Shown in pieces: positions 27,776-38,200 of a stretch of 64,000 bases of DNA. The translations under genes and the position numbers were made by a program. How positions within the stretch are numbered: the stretch's first letter is position 1; every line of letters begins with the position of its first letter. The notes beneath the pieces were generated by a model, which searched no databases, was not told where the DNA came from, and saw only the letters and a program-made list of their open reading frames with translations. This DNA comes from an uncultured Eubacteriales bacterium (GTDB taxonomy: Bacteria; Bacillota; Clostridia; Oscillospirales; Oscillospiraceae), in NCBI GenBank assembly GCA_900547405.1, contig URGL01000002.1, positions 16,563-80,562 of the forward strand, in the 5' to 3' direction.

Positions 27776-28879
27776 TCATCCCAAAATAGTGTCACAGATT
27801 TTATCTACATCTTCCAACGCCAAATCTGCGTACAAAGGCAATGTCAGCACCCGTAGCGCCAGGTGTTGGGCTACCGGCGTCTTTTCCACTCCAGCAGTAG
27901 GATAGTTTCGATAGCATTCGAAGCTGTTGGTCAGTGGGAAGAAATACTTCCGGGCAGTAATTTCCTGGGCTTTCAGCATTTCGAAAATCTCATTACGGGT
28001 ATACTTGTAGCCGTCAAACACCACAGGAAAGTAAGCGTAATTGGACTCTACCCCATCTTGAGGCTGGCAAAGGCAGATTCCCTCTACCCCACTCAGGCGC
28101 TGGCGATAGCGTTCCACAACTATTTTCCTTTTAGCTATTTCCCCGTCCAAATGTCGCAGATTACAGATACCCATTGCCGCCTGGAATTCGTTCATCTTGG
28201 CATTTCCGCCTACATAAGCCACTTCCTCCGGGCCATGGAATCCGAAGTTCTTCTGATCATTCAGCAGCTGTACCCAGCTGTCATTTTTATAACACACTGC
28301 GCCACCTTCGATGGTATGGAACACCTTAGTAGCGTGGAAGCTGAACATGGAGGCATCTCCGAAGCAGGCCGAGGACACGCCCTTGTACCGTACGCCAAAG
28401 GCATGAGCAGCATCGTAGATCACCTTCAGACCATACTTTTTCGCAATCATCTCAATGGTCTCTACGTCACACAGGTTTCCGTACACATGCACTGGCACGA
28501 TAGCCACGGTTTTATCGGTGATCAGGCTCTCCAGCTTGGTCACATCCATGGTGTAGTCCCGGTTGTTTACATCACAGAACACCGGCACCAGTCCATTGCG
28601 CACAATGGCGTGAGTAGTGGATGCAAATGTGAATGGCGTGGTAATCACTTCTCCCCCTTCCGGCAGGTTCAGCGCCCCAATAGCATTCTCCAGCGCCAGA
28701 TGCCCGTTGGTATAGAGGGTCACATGGGGAACACCCAGGTATTTCTCTAGTTCCGTCTGAAGCTGCTTGTGCTTTGCACCCATATTGGTCAGCCAGCGGG
28801 TATTCCATAAATCTTTGATTTCGTCACAGTATTCCTCAAATGTTGGCATTGAGGAACGGGTAACCAAAATTTGTTTCAT
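27776..28879 (-). CDS. DegT/DnrJ/EryC1/StrS-family PLP aminotransferase (dTDP-4-keto-6-deoxyhexose 4-aminotransferase-like)
   Basis: ~367 aa; sugar aminotransferase fold with candidate PLP lysine in SFHATKVF; AAGGAAGG SD before ATG 28879. Confidence 0.85.
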   Translation of the reverse strand: MKQILVTRSSMPTFEEYCDEIKDLWNTRWLTNMGAKHKQLQTELEKYLGVPHVTLYTNGHLALENAIGALNLPEGGEVITTPFTFASTTHAIVRNGLVPVFCDVNNRDYTMDVTKLESLITDKTVAIVPVHVYGNLCDVETIEMIAKKYGLKVIYDAAHAFGVRYKGVSSACFGDASMFSFHATKVFHTIEGGAVCYKNDSWVQLLNDQKNFGFHGPEEVAYVGGNAKMNEFQAAMGICNLRHLDGEIAKRKIVVERYRQRLSGVEGICLCQPQDGVESNYAYFPVVFDGYKYTRNEIFEMLKAQEITARKYFFPLTNSFECYRNYPTAGVEKTPVAQHLALRVLTLPLYADLALEDVDKICDTILG

Positions 28880-28900
28880 CTTGCCTTCCTTCATTCCTTT

Positions 28901-29410
28901 TCAAAATATATCCAGCAGGAAGCGTAGCTGGTCCGCATCTGTCTGCGAAAACGGGATGCACATATTCTGATTATAGTACCGTCTATCCCCAGTTACATCC
29001 TCTAATGTACCAAAACTTTGCAAGGTTGCATTTTCAAAGTTCTCCCCTTCATACTCCAGTAAATACTCCGTAACACCATTTGATCTCAGAAATCTATCCA
29101 AGAACACTTTTTCTCTGATAGATCTCCGTTTCAGCACAAAGGGGATCCCCACCATTTTTCCCGGATTAAAATCACGAATATCCAGGTATTCCACATTTTT
29201 GTGATTTTTCCCTTCTCCACAACTCACTTTAGATATACGCGCATATATGATTTTGGCCCTTGTCAAATCAAAAATTATTTTTTCTTTGACACTTCCCTGC
29301 GCATTCTTCTCAAGAAACCATTGGTAAACAATATGTTCTCGTTCCCAAGTTTCCTCTTTTTGATTCTTCGAAATTAAATATTTTCTTTCGTTTTCTTCAA
29401 TTGTCTTCAT
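28901..29410 (-). CDS. hypothetical protein (low-GC, within the dTDP-sugar module)
   Basis: 169 aa, no recognisable motif; translationally coupled (4 nt overlap) to the upstream ATP-grasp gene. Confidence 0.4.
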   Translation of the reverse strand: MKTIEENERKYLISKNQKEETWEREHIVYQWFLEKNAQGSVKEKIIFDLTRAKIIYARISKVSCGEGKNHKNVEYLDIRDFNPGKMVGIPFVLKRRSIREKVFLDRFLRSNGVTEYLLEYEGENFENATLQSFGTLEDVTGDRRYYNQNMCIPFSQTDADQLRFLLDIF

Positions 29411-30584
29411 GTCTTTTCAGCCTTCCTCAGCAGCCTTTTATTGACAAAATCATCCACAGCAAACGGCTCTTTCTCATCTGAGGAATGATTGCGAATCACT
29501 GTCATAATAAAATCTGCGTTTGAAGAGAATCCACCCTTCTTTTCCGGATGCAGCTGATTCACCTGAATCTCGCATTCACCAAAGACTGTTGACAACACCT
29601 TCTGGCATTCCTCCAAATCATACTCCACCGGACAGCTCTGATGGTTAAATACATAGTCCATACGCAAATTGGGTCTAGCAACCTGAAATGGAATCACTTT
29701 GTCCCCGGTGATCAGCCGGATATACTCGTCCATCAAATTCCGATCATACAGTCGGGAAATAAAAGTCTTATAGTACGTTCCGCCTCCAACTCCAATATCC
29801 ATTTCGATCATATCAATGCTCTTTTCGGAAACAATGATATCCGCTTTGATAATGGAATTTTGGATTCCAGAATCCGCCAGAAACCGCTGAATGTACGCTT
29901 GAAGCCTGTCCAGATGGTCATCCGCATATCGCAGCACACCTAAAAATACTGTATCCCGGTAGGATCTGCGCAAAACAGGTGCCAGCAGCTTCAGTTTTCC
30001 GTTCTGAACAATCGTGACACAGCGATATTCGTCACCTTTACGTACATCCTGTACAATATCCTCTTTGCACACATCCCCATTATCCCGATAACGATGCATC
30101 AACGTTTCCCCGGACAGAATCGTAATTCCCTCCGATCCTCTGCCGGATGCGGGCTTTAGAATGTACTCCTCATTTGGGTGGATATCTCCATCTGTCAGCT
30201 CCGATATTTTCCATGTATGGATTGTAGACAGCCCATATTTCTCCAGCAATAACTGCTGCTTTGTCTTGTCAGAACCAACTGCAAGCTCATCCGGAATGGC
30301 TGTCACGGTACCATAGTAGTTCGACAATCTCTGAACCGTTTGAACCGCTCCACCTCCGGCAAAGGAACCAACTGCTGCCACCTGGACTCCTAAGGAATCG
30401 ATCCATCGAATGGCCGCCTCCGGATCATGCGTGTCCAGCTCTGCCGAATAGTCGCACAAGCGAATCGCCTCAGCAGAGTTTTTTCCCTTTCCAAAGGCAA
30501 CCACTGTATAGCCATTTTCCTTTAGTCTCTTGATAAAAGCCAGCTGCTGCGGCCCCATTCCAACAGATATTACTACTTTTTTCA
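29407..30584 (-). CDS. ATP-grasp domain protein (amide ligase-like)
   Basis: ~392 aa from GTG 30584 (GGGAGGA SD); pre-ATP-grasp Rossmann N-domain plus ATP-grasp core. Confidence 0.6.
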
Positions 30585-30601
30585 CCGCTATCCTCCCAAA
30601 A

Positions 30602-31708
30602 TCAACGTTCCATAGTCTCCATTCGATACACATTTATCGTGTCCGGCCTGTCATACATATCCGCTCGCTGGAAATTCTCCCAATGATCCTGAAAAAATTG
30701 TCTTCCGGGACCGTGCCACACGCAGTCTTTCTCCGCGCTGCGTCCCCCGCTCCAATAATAATATGCCTCACAAGGTTGATCGGTAAATGCCTTCTCCTTC
30801 ATAAATCCCGTATCCTGAAGAAACGCTTCAATTAATGGAACACCCGCATCAACATACAGCTGTGTTGGACCCCAGAGTCTAGGATTGGCCTCGATCATGT
30901 AGTACCGCTCCTTACATTTCCGAAGCTCAATCATAACAAACCCAACAAACTTTTGATCCTTAAAAAGTGCCTCGAATTGACCCGATATCTCCGAAGTGTG
31001 CAAATTCCTGGATACCGCCGCCAAAATGGATTTTCCATTGGGCTGCTGCGCAATATTTTCCTGTGAAAAAGATATTACTGTTCCATTTTTTGCGAAGTAA
31101 TACAAGAGATAGAAGCTTTCACCCTGCACAAACTCCTGTAAATCAAAGTCTTCTCCTCGATAATTCCGTATAAAAGTCCGGTACTCCTCTTCTGTTTCTA
31201 CAATCACCGGTGCGTATACCTTCCCATCCGATGATACATAATGCTTCGGTTTGGCAACAAAAGGCTGTCCCTGCCAGCAGTCAATCTCTATATTCTCCGG
31301 GACCGTTAGTCCCCGATTTCTGCACAGTTTCCAAAAGGTCTCTTTATCCGATATTTCATAATATTGCTTAGCCTCAACCAAAGGAATCTCGCATTTGTGT
31401 TTTCGAAATATTTCTCGGTTCTCCAAGACGAACCGGTTTAATGCCTCGGTGCTTGGTACAATTGTTGCCATTTCTGCACCGGTATCCGCTAATGTAGCCT
31501 CTGTCGCGAAAAGTATTTCGTCCAGATTCAACTGCTTTATCTTTCTAACATAAGAGACTCTGTCTTTATAATCCGTCACAAGTATTGTGTCCTGATCTGA
31601 TGCGGCAATAATCCTAAAATTATCTATTCTGTTCTTTTTTAGCTCCCGCAAAAACGCAACTACAGCCCGCTGGTTGTATCCTGAGAAAATCAACAGCACT
31701 TTTTTCAT
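30602..31708 (-). CDS. ATP-grasp domain protein (second, paralogous-type ligase)
   Basis: 368 aa; ATP-grasp architecture (central fold, E...N catalytic residues, MIEANPRLWGP). Confidence 0.6.
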   Translation of the reverse strand: MKKVLLIFSGYNQRAVVAFLRELKKNRIDNFRIIAASDQDTILVTDYKDRVSYVRKIKQLNLDEILFATEATLADTGAEMATIVPSTEALNRFVLENREIFRKHKCEIPLVEAKQYYEISDKETFWKLCRNRGLTVPENIEIDCWQGQPFVAKPKHYVSSDGKVYAPVIVETEEEYRTFIRNYRGEDFDLQEFVQGESFYLLYYFAKNGTVISFSQENIAQQPNGKSILAAVSRNLHTSEISGQFEALFKDQKFVGFVMIELRKCKERYYMIEANPRLWGPTQLYVDAGVPLIEAFLQDTGFMKEKAFTDQPCEAYYYWSGGRSAEKDCVWHGPGRQFFQDHWENFQRADMYDRPDTINVYRMETMER

Positions 31709-33168
31709 TTAGACTCTTCCCTTTTCCCATTTTTTTTCCAAACAAGTTTTAACTGCTCCCACAAATACTGGAAGCCCTCCAGTTTCAGCAAGGCAGAGCC
31801 CACAATGAAAATGCAGGCCCCCATAATGACCTGAATAAGCAGCGTAAGCAAATCTGAAAATCCTATCCACTTTACTGGATAAACGCAGCAGCCCATAAAC
31901 ACAGCAAGTAAAATTCCCGGAAGAATATCCCTGATTTGTTCTGGGTAACTGTAATCTAACAATTTCTTGTTGGGCCAACTATTGATAATCTGGCTGGTAA
32001 TACTTGTAAACAAGAGACTATACGCCATTGCCATAACGCCAAACCACATCGTACCTAGCAGGACAATCAGCCCAATCACCTTCTTTATTGTCTCCAGCTT
32101 CAAAAACAAATCGCTGCGTCCCATTGCCTTGATAGCATTCAGATTTGTAGTATTGACCGGATAAAACATATATGTGATACAAAATATCCGAAGGAAAGGT
32201 ACACAAGGTAGCCATTTTTCCGTTAAAATCAGGTGAATAACCGACTCCGCTGTAAAGGCCAGCCCCATCATAACCGGTGCAATCACGTAGGTGCTCGTCT
32301 TCATTGCACGCCGAGTCATATTCTTGACTCGTTCCGGATTGTCCTGGACCTGAGACATAGCTGGCAACAAAACACTGTTGATGGAGGTGTCAATATTATT
32401 CACCAGCAGATCCGGCAGCTGTTTACCCCGATTATACTGAGCCAGGTCTGTCTTTGTATACATCTTCCCAATGATTAGCTGGCGCAAATCGTTATACACA
32501 GTATCCAGGAGCGACGAAGCAAGCAACTTCCAACCAAAAGAAAACAGGCCCTTCAATCGCCGCCAGGAGAACATCCATTTAGGCCGCCACTTGACGGTAA
32601 TCCATAGAATGAGGGTGTCCACAGTGGCGTTGAATATCTGCTGGGCTACCAACGCCCACACGCCAAATCCAAAATAGGCCATAGCAATACCGATAACCGC
32701 CGCACCGATGGTACCTCCCAAGGTAGCAAAGAAGAAGCGCTTAAACTGCATAGTCCGGCTCACGTATGCCTGCTGCACATTTTTTACACCGGAAATTACC
32801 AGTGTCAAACTCAATACCCGGACCACCGATATCAGAGATGCATCATTATAAAATTTTGCAATCATCGGTGCTGCCAGGAACATTCCTAGGTATAGCAACA
32901 CGCATATGGCGATATTAAAATAGAACACCGTAGAAAAGTCCAAATCATCTGCATCTTTTTTTTGGATCAAAGCATTTCCGAATCCGCTGTCTATAAAAAC
33001 ATTCAGGATTTGAGTAAAAACCGTTACCAAAGCAATTGTGCCGTAGGCTTCCGGCGCCAGCAGTCTAGCCAGGACAATGGATACTACAAATGCAACGCCC
33101 TGGGCACCAAAGCGCTCCGCCAAGCGCCATATAAAATTAGACATAACTCCGGAATTCTCTCTTGCCAC
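31705..33168 (-). CDS. wzx: Wzx-type oligosaccharide flippase (MOP superfamily polysaccharide biosynthesis protein)
   Basis: 487 aa, ~12-14 TM, typical polysaccharide-biosynthesis (PST) N-terminal block. Confidence 0.8.
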   Translation of the reverse strand: MARENSGVMSNFIWRLAERFGAQGVAFVVSIVLARLLAPEAYGTIALVTVFTQILNVFIDSGFGNALIQKKDADDLDFSTVFYFNIAICVLLYLGMFLAAPMIAKFYNDASLISVVRVLSLTLVISGVKNVQQAYVSRTMQFKRFFFATLGGTIGAAVIGIAMAYFGFGVWALVAQQIFNATVDTLILWITVKWRPKWMFSWRRLKGLFSFGWKLLASSLLDTVYNDLRQLIIGKMYTKTDLAQYNRGKQLPDLLVNNIDTSINSVLLPAMSQVQDNPERVKNMTRRAMKTSTYVIAPVMMGLAFTAESVIHLILTEKWLPCVPFLRIFCITYMFYPVNTTNLNAIKAMGRSDLFLKLETIKKVIGLIVLLGTMWFGVMAMAYSLLFTSITSQIINSWPNKKLLDYSYPEQIRDILPGILLAVFMGCCVYPVKWIGFSDLLTLLIQVIMGACIFIVGSALLKLEGFQYLWEQLKLVWKKNGKREESK

Positions 33169-34122
33169 TTATCTCATCCTCCGGCGCAAATCGAAAATCA
33201 GGCTGGCCGCCTTTGGACAATACTGCCCAATCTTCATGACTGCCTGCCTGTAAGAAGGCATCTTACGGAACTGGATGCTGTATTGAGGAGCACAAATCGT
33301 CCGATACTCTCTGGCTTGCACCAGACACTCGAATTTCAAATCGTTAATCGCTTCCAGAATCGCCTCCTGATACTTTCCAGCAGTATCTGTATTCAGTTGT
33401 TGCAACATTTCGAATACTCTATCATTGTGTTTTTTTCTGGCCTCTAAATTCTGATTCATGCGAACCGTCCAAGAACCAATCGTTTCCGCCCGAAAAATAC
33501 TCATAGGTGCTCCAAGGTAGAGCATCCCGCCTCGAAGGGAACCCGCAATCTGCAATGGGTAATCCCCACTCATCTTGTAAAAAAAAGGAAGCGAATTCTC
33601 CCGCACCTCTTTTCGGTACATCAGCGACCCCGTCGCCACAAATCCGCCACCGCCGCGAATGACCTCGTCCGGTGTAAACAAGCCATCCTCATTTGAGGGA
33701 AACACCTGAGCCTGCACCTTTCCATTTACATCGGTTTTTGTCCCAGATGCGCAGATATCCACATTAGAGTTAGCCTCCAAAGCATCAAACTGTTTTTGCA
33801 GCTTTAACGGGTCCGTCCAATAGTCATCCCCTTCGCACAGCGCAATATATCTTCCCTGAACCCTACCATATTGAATCCGCTGCAAGGATCCGTCCCGCTT
33901 GGAATACTGATTCACCGTTTCATAAATTGGCTTGACGATTTCAGGATATCTTTTTTCATACTCTCTGATAATGTCCGCCGTTTTATCTGTCGAAGCATCG
34001 TCATGCACCAATATTTCGAATGGAAAGGTCGTTCTTTGCATGACAAATCCTTCCATCGCATCCCGGATATATTTCTCATGATTATAGGCATTGCATATAA
34101 TGCTCACCTGAATATCATCCAT
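33169..34122 (-). CDS. glycosyltransferase family 2
   Basis: VSIICNAYNHEKYI...LVHDDASTD...EGDDYW: DxD/GT-A motifs. Confidence 0.8.
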   Translation of the reverse strand: MDDIQVSIICNAYNHEKYIRDAMEGFVMQRTTFPFEILVHDDASTDKTADIIREYEKRYPEIVKPIYETVNQYSKRDGSLQRIQYGRVQGRYIALCEGDDYWTDPLKLQKQFDALEANSNVDICASGTKTDVNGKVQAQVFPSNEDGLFTPDEVIRGGGGFVATGSLMYRKEVRENSLPFFYKMSGDYPLQIAGSLRGGMLYLGAPMSIFRAETIGSWTVRMNQNLEARKKHNDRVFEMLQQLNTDTAGKYQEAILEAINDLKFECLVQAREYRTICAPQYSIQFRKMPSYRQAVMKIGQYCPKAASLIFDLRRRMR

Positions 34123-34418
34123 GGTAACCTCCATCGTCTATCTAAAAGGGGTTTCGTAAAATTGACAAAAATCCATGATTAAGTATACCACATATGCGTC
34201 AAAAAGCAAGCCCAGGCTTCCATCTCCATTCATGCTATTTATTATAGCATTCCATATTTTTTCATATGTACCCAGTTCAAAAATTTTCTATTCATCTCCG
34301 CTTTTCTCTTGATTTTCCACTGCTTCTGTGATAGAATTTTCAAAAAGAGTAGCAGAGTTTTCCGTTTTCGCTCTTTGTAATGCTGTAAATTCTATCATTT
34401 TAGAAAGGATACTTCCCT

Positions 34419-35891
34419 ATGAAAAAGCTCTCCTTCCGTCTTCTGGCCGAAACCGTAAAGACAATGCGCAAGGAAAAGGGGCTGACCCAGATCGATCTGG
34501 CGAAACTCACCGGCATCAATCGCTCTATGATCGGCCAGCTGGAAAATATGACCTTCAAGCCCTCCATTGAGCAGCTGGAGGCTCTGGCAGAGGCTCTGGA
34601 CTTTGACATTACCAATCTGTATGTGGACGATGCCAAATCCACCCCCAAGGCCGCCCCCGCCAAGCGATACAAGGTGGCCGTGGCCGGTACGGGCTATGTG
34701 GGTCTGTCCATCGCCACCTTGCTGAGCCAGCACAACCACGTCACCGCCGTGGACATTATCCCGGAAAAGGTGGACCTCATCAATAAGCGCAAATCCCCCA
34801 TTCAGGACGAGTACATCGAAAAGTACCTGGCGGAAAAGGACCTGGATCTGACCGCCACGCTGGATGGGGAATCCGCCTACCGGGACGCGGACTTTGTGGT
34901 CATTGCCGCCCCCACCAACTACGACAGCAAGAAGAACTACTTTGACACCTCCGCCGTGGAGGCCGTCATCGAGCTGGTGCTGAAGGTGAACCCCAATGCC
35001 ACCATGGTCATCAAGTCCACCATTCCTGTTGGCTACACTGCCTCCGTCCGGGAGAAATATGGCACCGCCAACATTCTCTTCAGCCCGGAGTTCCTGCGGG
35101 AGAGCAAGGCCCTGTACGACAACCTCTACCCCAGCCGGATCATTGTCTCCTGCGATGCTGAGAGCCGGGAAAAGGCTGAGATTTTCGCTTCCTTGCTGCA
35201 GCAAGGTGCCATCAAAGAGGATATCCCCACCCTGTTCATGGGCTTTACCGAGGCCGAGGCCGTAAAGCTCTTTGCCAACACCTATCTGGCCCTGCGGGTC
35301 AGCTACTTCAACGAGCTGGACACCTATGCCGAGACCAAGGGGCTATGCACCAAGGACATCATCGACGGCGTATGCCTGGACCCCCGGATCGGCACCCACT
35401 ACAATAACCCCAGCTTCGGTTACGGCGGCTACTGCCTGCCCAAGGACACCAAGCAGTTGCTTGCCAACTTTGAAAATGTGCCCCAGAACATGATGACCGC
35501 CATTGTGGAAAGCAACCGGACCCGAAAGGACTTCATCGCCGACCAGGTGCTGGAAATCGCCGGGGGCTATGAAGCCAACGACAGCTGGAGCGCCAGCAAG
35601 GAGGGCGAGACCGTGGTAGGCGTGTACCGGCTGACCATGAAGGCCAACTCCGACAACTTCCGTCAGAGCGCCATCCAGGGCGTTATGAAGCGCATCAAGG
35701 CCAAGGGTGCCACCGTCATCATCTATGAGCCCACCCTAAAGGACGGCGAGACCTTCTTCGGCTCCAAGGTGGTCAACGATCTGGAAAAATTCAAAAAGCA
35801 GTCCCACTGCATCATCGCCAACCGGTACGATCCCTGCCTGGACGATGTGCAGGACAAGGTCTTCACCCGGGACATCTTCAAGCGGGACTGA
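34419..35891 (+). CDS. ugd: UDP-glucose 6-dehydrogenase fused to an N-terminal XRE-type helix-turn-helix domain
   Basis: 490 aa; residues 1-70 form an XRE HTH ([23 protein letters not shown]); the remainder is full-length Ugd ([12 protein letters not shown] Rossmann, GGYCLPKD catalytic Cys). Confidence 0.85.
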   Translation: MKKLSFRLLAETVKTMRKEKGLTQIDLAKLTGINRSMIGQLENMTFKPSIEQLEALAEALDFDITNLYVDDAKSTPKAAPAKRYKVAVAGTGYVGLSIATLLSQHNHVTAVDIIPEKVDLINKRKSPIQDEYIEKYLAEKDLDLTATLDGESAYRDADFVVIAAPTNYDSKKNYFDTSAVEAVIELVLKVNPNATMVIKSTIPVGYTASVREKYGTANILFSPEFLRESKALYDNLYPSRIIVSCDAESREKAEIFASLLQQGAIKEDIPTLFMGFTEAEAVKLFANTYLALRVSYFNELDTYAETKGLCTKDIIDGVCLDPRIGTHYNNPSFGYGGYCLPKDTKQLLANFENVPQNMMTAIVESNRTRKDFIADQVLEIAGGYEANDSWSASKEGETVVGVYRLTMKANSDNFRQSAIQGVMKRIKAKGATVIIYEPTLKDGETFFGSKVVNDLEKFKKQSHCIIANRYDPCLDDVQDKVFTRDIFKRD

Positions 35892-35901
35892 GGTGAATAC
35901 G

Positions 35902-36969
35902 ATGGAACGGATCGATCTGAAAAACAAAACCGTCTTCGTCACCGGTGCCGCAGGCTTCATTGGCTCCAACCTGGTGCTGAAGCTCCTGGATACCGTGTCC
36001 CCGGTGACCATCGTGGGCATGGACAACCTGAACGACTACTACGATGTATCCATCAAGAACTGGCGCCTGGACCAAATTCAGGCCAGCGCCGCAAAGCATC
36101 CCGGCTCCGCCTGGACCTTTGTGAAGGGCGATATTGCCGACCGGGCGGCTGTGGACCGCATCTTTGCCGAATGGAAACCCGATGTGGTGGTGAATCTGGC
36201 CGCCCAGGCCGGAGTCCGGTACTCCATCACCAATCCGGATGCCTACATCCAGAGCAACCTCATCGGCTTCTACAATGTCCTGGAGGCCTGCCGCCACAGC
36301 CCCGTGGCGCACCTGGTCTATGCCTCCTCCTCCAGCGTCTACGGCACCAACAAGAAGGTTCCCTACTCCACTGAGGACAAGGTAGACAACCCGGTCTCCC
36401 TCTATGCCGCCACCAAAAAAAGCAACGAGCTCATGGCCCACGCCTACTCCAAGCTCTACAACATTCCCTCCACCGGTCTGCGGTTCTTCACCGTCTACGG
36501 TCCCGCCGGCCGGCCGGACATGGCCTATTTCGGCTTTACCAACAAGCTGCGCAAGGGCCAGACCATCCAGATCTTCAACTATGGCAACTGCAAGCGGGAC
36601 TTCACCTATATTGATGACATTGTGGAGGGAGTCCTGCGGGTGATGCAGGGAGCCCCGGAAAAGAAAAACGGGGAGGACGGTCTGCCCATTCCTCCCTACG
36701 CCGTATACAACATCGGCAACAGCAACCCGGAGAACCTTCTGGACTTCGTCCAGATCCTCTCCGAGGAGCTGGTGTCCGCCGGTGTGCTTCCCGCCGACTA
36801 TGACTTCGAAGCCCATAAGGAGCTGGTGCCTATGCAGCCCGGCGATGTGCCCGTAACCTACGCCGACACCGCCCCCCTGGAGCGGGACTTCGGCTTCAAG
36901 CCCGCCACGCCTTTGCGGGAGGGGCTGCGGAAGTTCGCCAGATGGTATCAGGAATTTTATCAGGTGTAA
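35902..36969 (+). CDS. NAD-dependent UDP-glucuronate 4-epimerase (GalE-like SDR)
   Basis: 355 aa; VTGAAGFIGSNL, YAATK; adjacent to ugd as in UDP-GalA pathways. Confidence 0.8.
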   Translation: MERIDLKNKTVFVTGAAGFIGSNLVLKLLDTVSPVTIVGMDNLNDYYDVSIKNWRLDQIQASAAKHPGSAWTFVKGDIADRAAVDRIFAEWKPDVVVNLAAQAGVRYSITNPDAYIQSNLIGFYNVLEACRHSPVAHLVYASSSSVYGTNKKVPYSTEDKVDNPVSLYAATKKSNELMAHAYSKLYNIPSTGLRFFTVYGPAGRPDMAYFGFTNKLRKGQTIQIFNYGNCKRDFTYIDDIVEGVLRVMQGAPEKKNGEDGLPIPPYAVYNIGNSNPENLLDFVQILSEELVSAGVLPADYDFEAHKELVPMQPGDVPVTYADTAPLERDFGFKPATPLREGLRKFARWYQEFYQV

Positions 36970-36972
36970 GGC

Positions 36973-37000
36973 AACTGCCGCGGCTTTCGCCGCGGCAGTT
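36973..37000. terminator. bidirectional intrinsic terminator between convergent genes
   Basis: aactgccgcgg-ctttcg-ccgcggcagtt perfect hairpin with A/T flanks. Confidence 0.6.
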
Positions 37001-37003
37001 ATG

Positions 37004-38200
37004 TTATACCGGTTCTGCGAAGGTATCCGGGTGGCCTGGGTCGAAGACCTCATCGCAGGTCATGACGGTTACCAGGTCCTCGGTATCGCTCAGGTTGATA
37101 ATGTTGTGGGTCCAGCCGGGGATCATGTAGACGGCCTCGATTTTCTCGCCGGAAACTTCAAATTCTACCGTCTCCCCCGTGTGAATGTTCCGCTCCTGGA
37201 TCAGGCCGTGGCCGTGGACCACGATGAACTGCTCCCACTTGGAGTTGTGCCAGTGCTGGCCCTTGGTGATGCCGGGCTTGGAGATGTTGATGCTCACCTG
37301 GCCGCAGTCGGCGGTGTGGATCAGCTCCGTGAAGCTGCCCCGGGCATCGCAGTTCATTTTCATGGCGTACTTGAACTTCTCCTTGGGCAGGTAAGTCAGG
37401 TACAGGCTGAACAGCTTCTTGGCAAAGCTGCCATCGGGGATCCTGGGCATGAGAAGGGATACCGGCTGGTTTTTGAACTGGGCCAGCAGGTCCACGATTT
37501 CACCCAAGGTAACCTTGTGAGAACCGGGGACGCAGCAGTAGCGGCCATCCTCGGTAAGAACAGTCTCTACGCCGTCAAACTCGCAGTGCTGCTCCTTGCC
37601 CTCCAGGAGGTCAAACATTCCCTCCACCAGGTCGTCAATGTAGAGAACTTCCAGCTCCGTGGACCGGTCATTGACGGTAAAGGGTTCGTCGTTGGCTACC
37701 GCCCAGCAGAAGGTGGAAATGGCGCTGTTATACTTGGGGCGGCTGTGGCCCATGAGGTTGACGAAGCGATAGACGGCAACCTTTGCCCCGGTTTCCTTGG
37801 CGTAATCGAAGAACAGCTCCTCCCCCGCTTTCTTGCTCCGGCCATACTCGGAGTTGCCGAACCGACCGGCCAGAGTGGCCTGGACAGAGGAGGACAGCAT
37901 AATGGTTGCCTTGTTGCTGTGCTTTTTCAGGCAGTTCAGCAGGTCGGAGGCAAAGCCAAAGTTGCCCTTCATAAAGTCCTCAGGATTCTCCGGGCGGTTC
38001 ACACCGGCCAGATTGAAGACGAAGTCGGCTTTGGCGCAATACCCGTCCAGCTCTTCCGGGGTGGACTGCATGTCGTACTCGTAGATCTCGTCAATATGGA
38101 TATTGGGCCGGGTGCGGTTTTTGCCGTCCCGGATATTTTTCAGGTTGGCGCACAGGGCGGTTCCCACCATGCCCCTTGCGCCGGTGACCAGGATGTTCAT
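37004..38200 (-). CDS. fnlB: Cap5F/WbjC/FnlB-like reductase (SDR N-domain plus cupin C-domain)
   Basis: 398 aa; ILVTGARGMVG Rossmann and C-terminal cupin (QHWHNSKWEQFIVVHGHG) as in Cap5F. Confidence 0.75.
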   Translation of the reverse strand: MNILVTGARGMVGTALCANLKNIRDGKNRTRPNIHIDEIYEYDMQSTPEELDGYCAKADFVFNLAGVNRPENPEDFMKGNFGFASDLLNCLKKHSNKATIMLSSSVQATLAGRFGNSEYGRSKKAGEELFFDYAKETGAKVAVYRFVNLMGHSRPKYNSAISTFCWAVANDEPFTVNDRSTELEVLYIDDLVEGMFDLLEGKEQHCEFDGVETVLTEDGRYCCVPGSHKVTLGEIVDLLAQFKNQPVSLLMPRIPDGSFAKKLFSLYLTYLPKEKFKYAMKMNCDARGSFTELIHTADCGQVSINISKPGITKGQHWHNSKWEQFIVVHGHGLIQERNIHTGETVEFEVSGEKIEAVYMIPGWTHNIINLSDTEDLVTVMTCDEVFDPGHPDTFAEPV

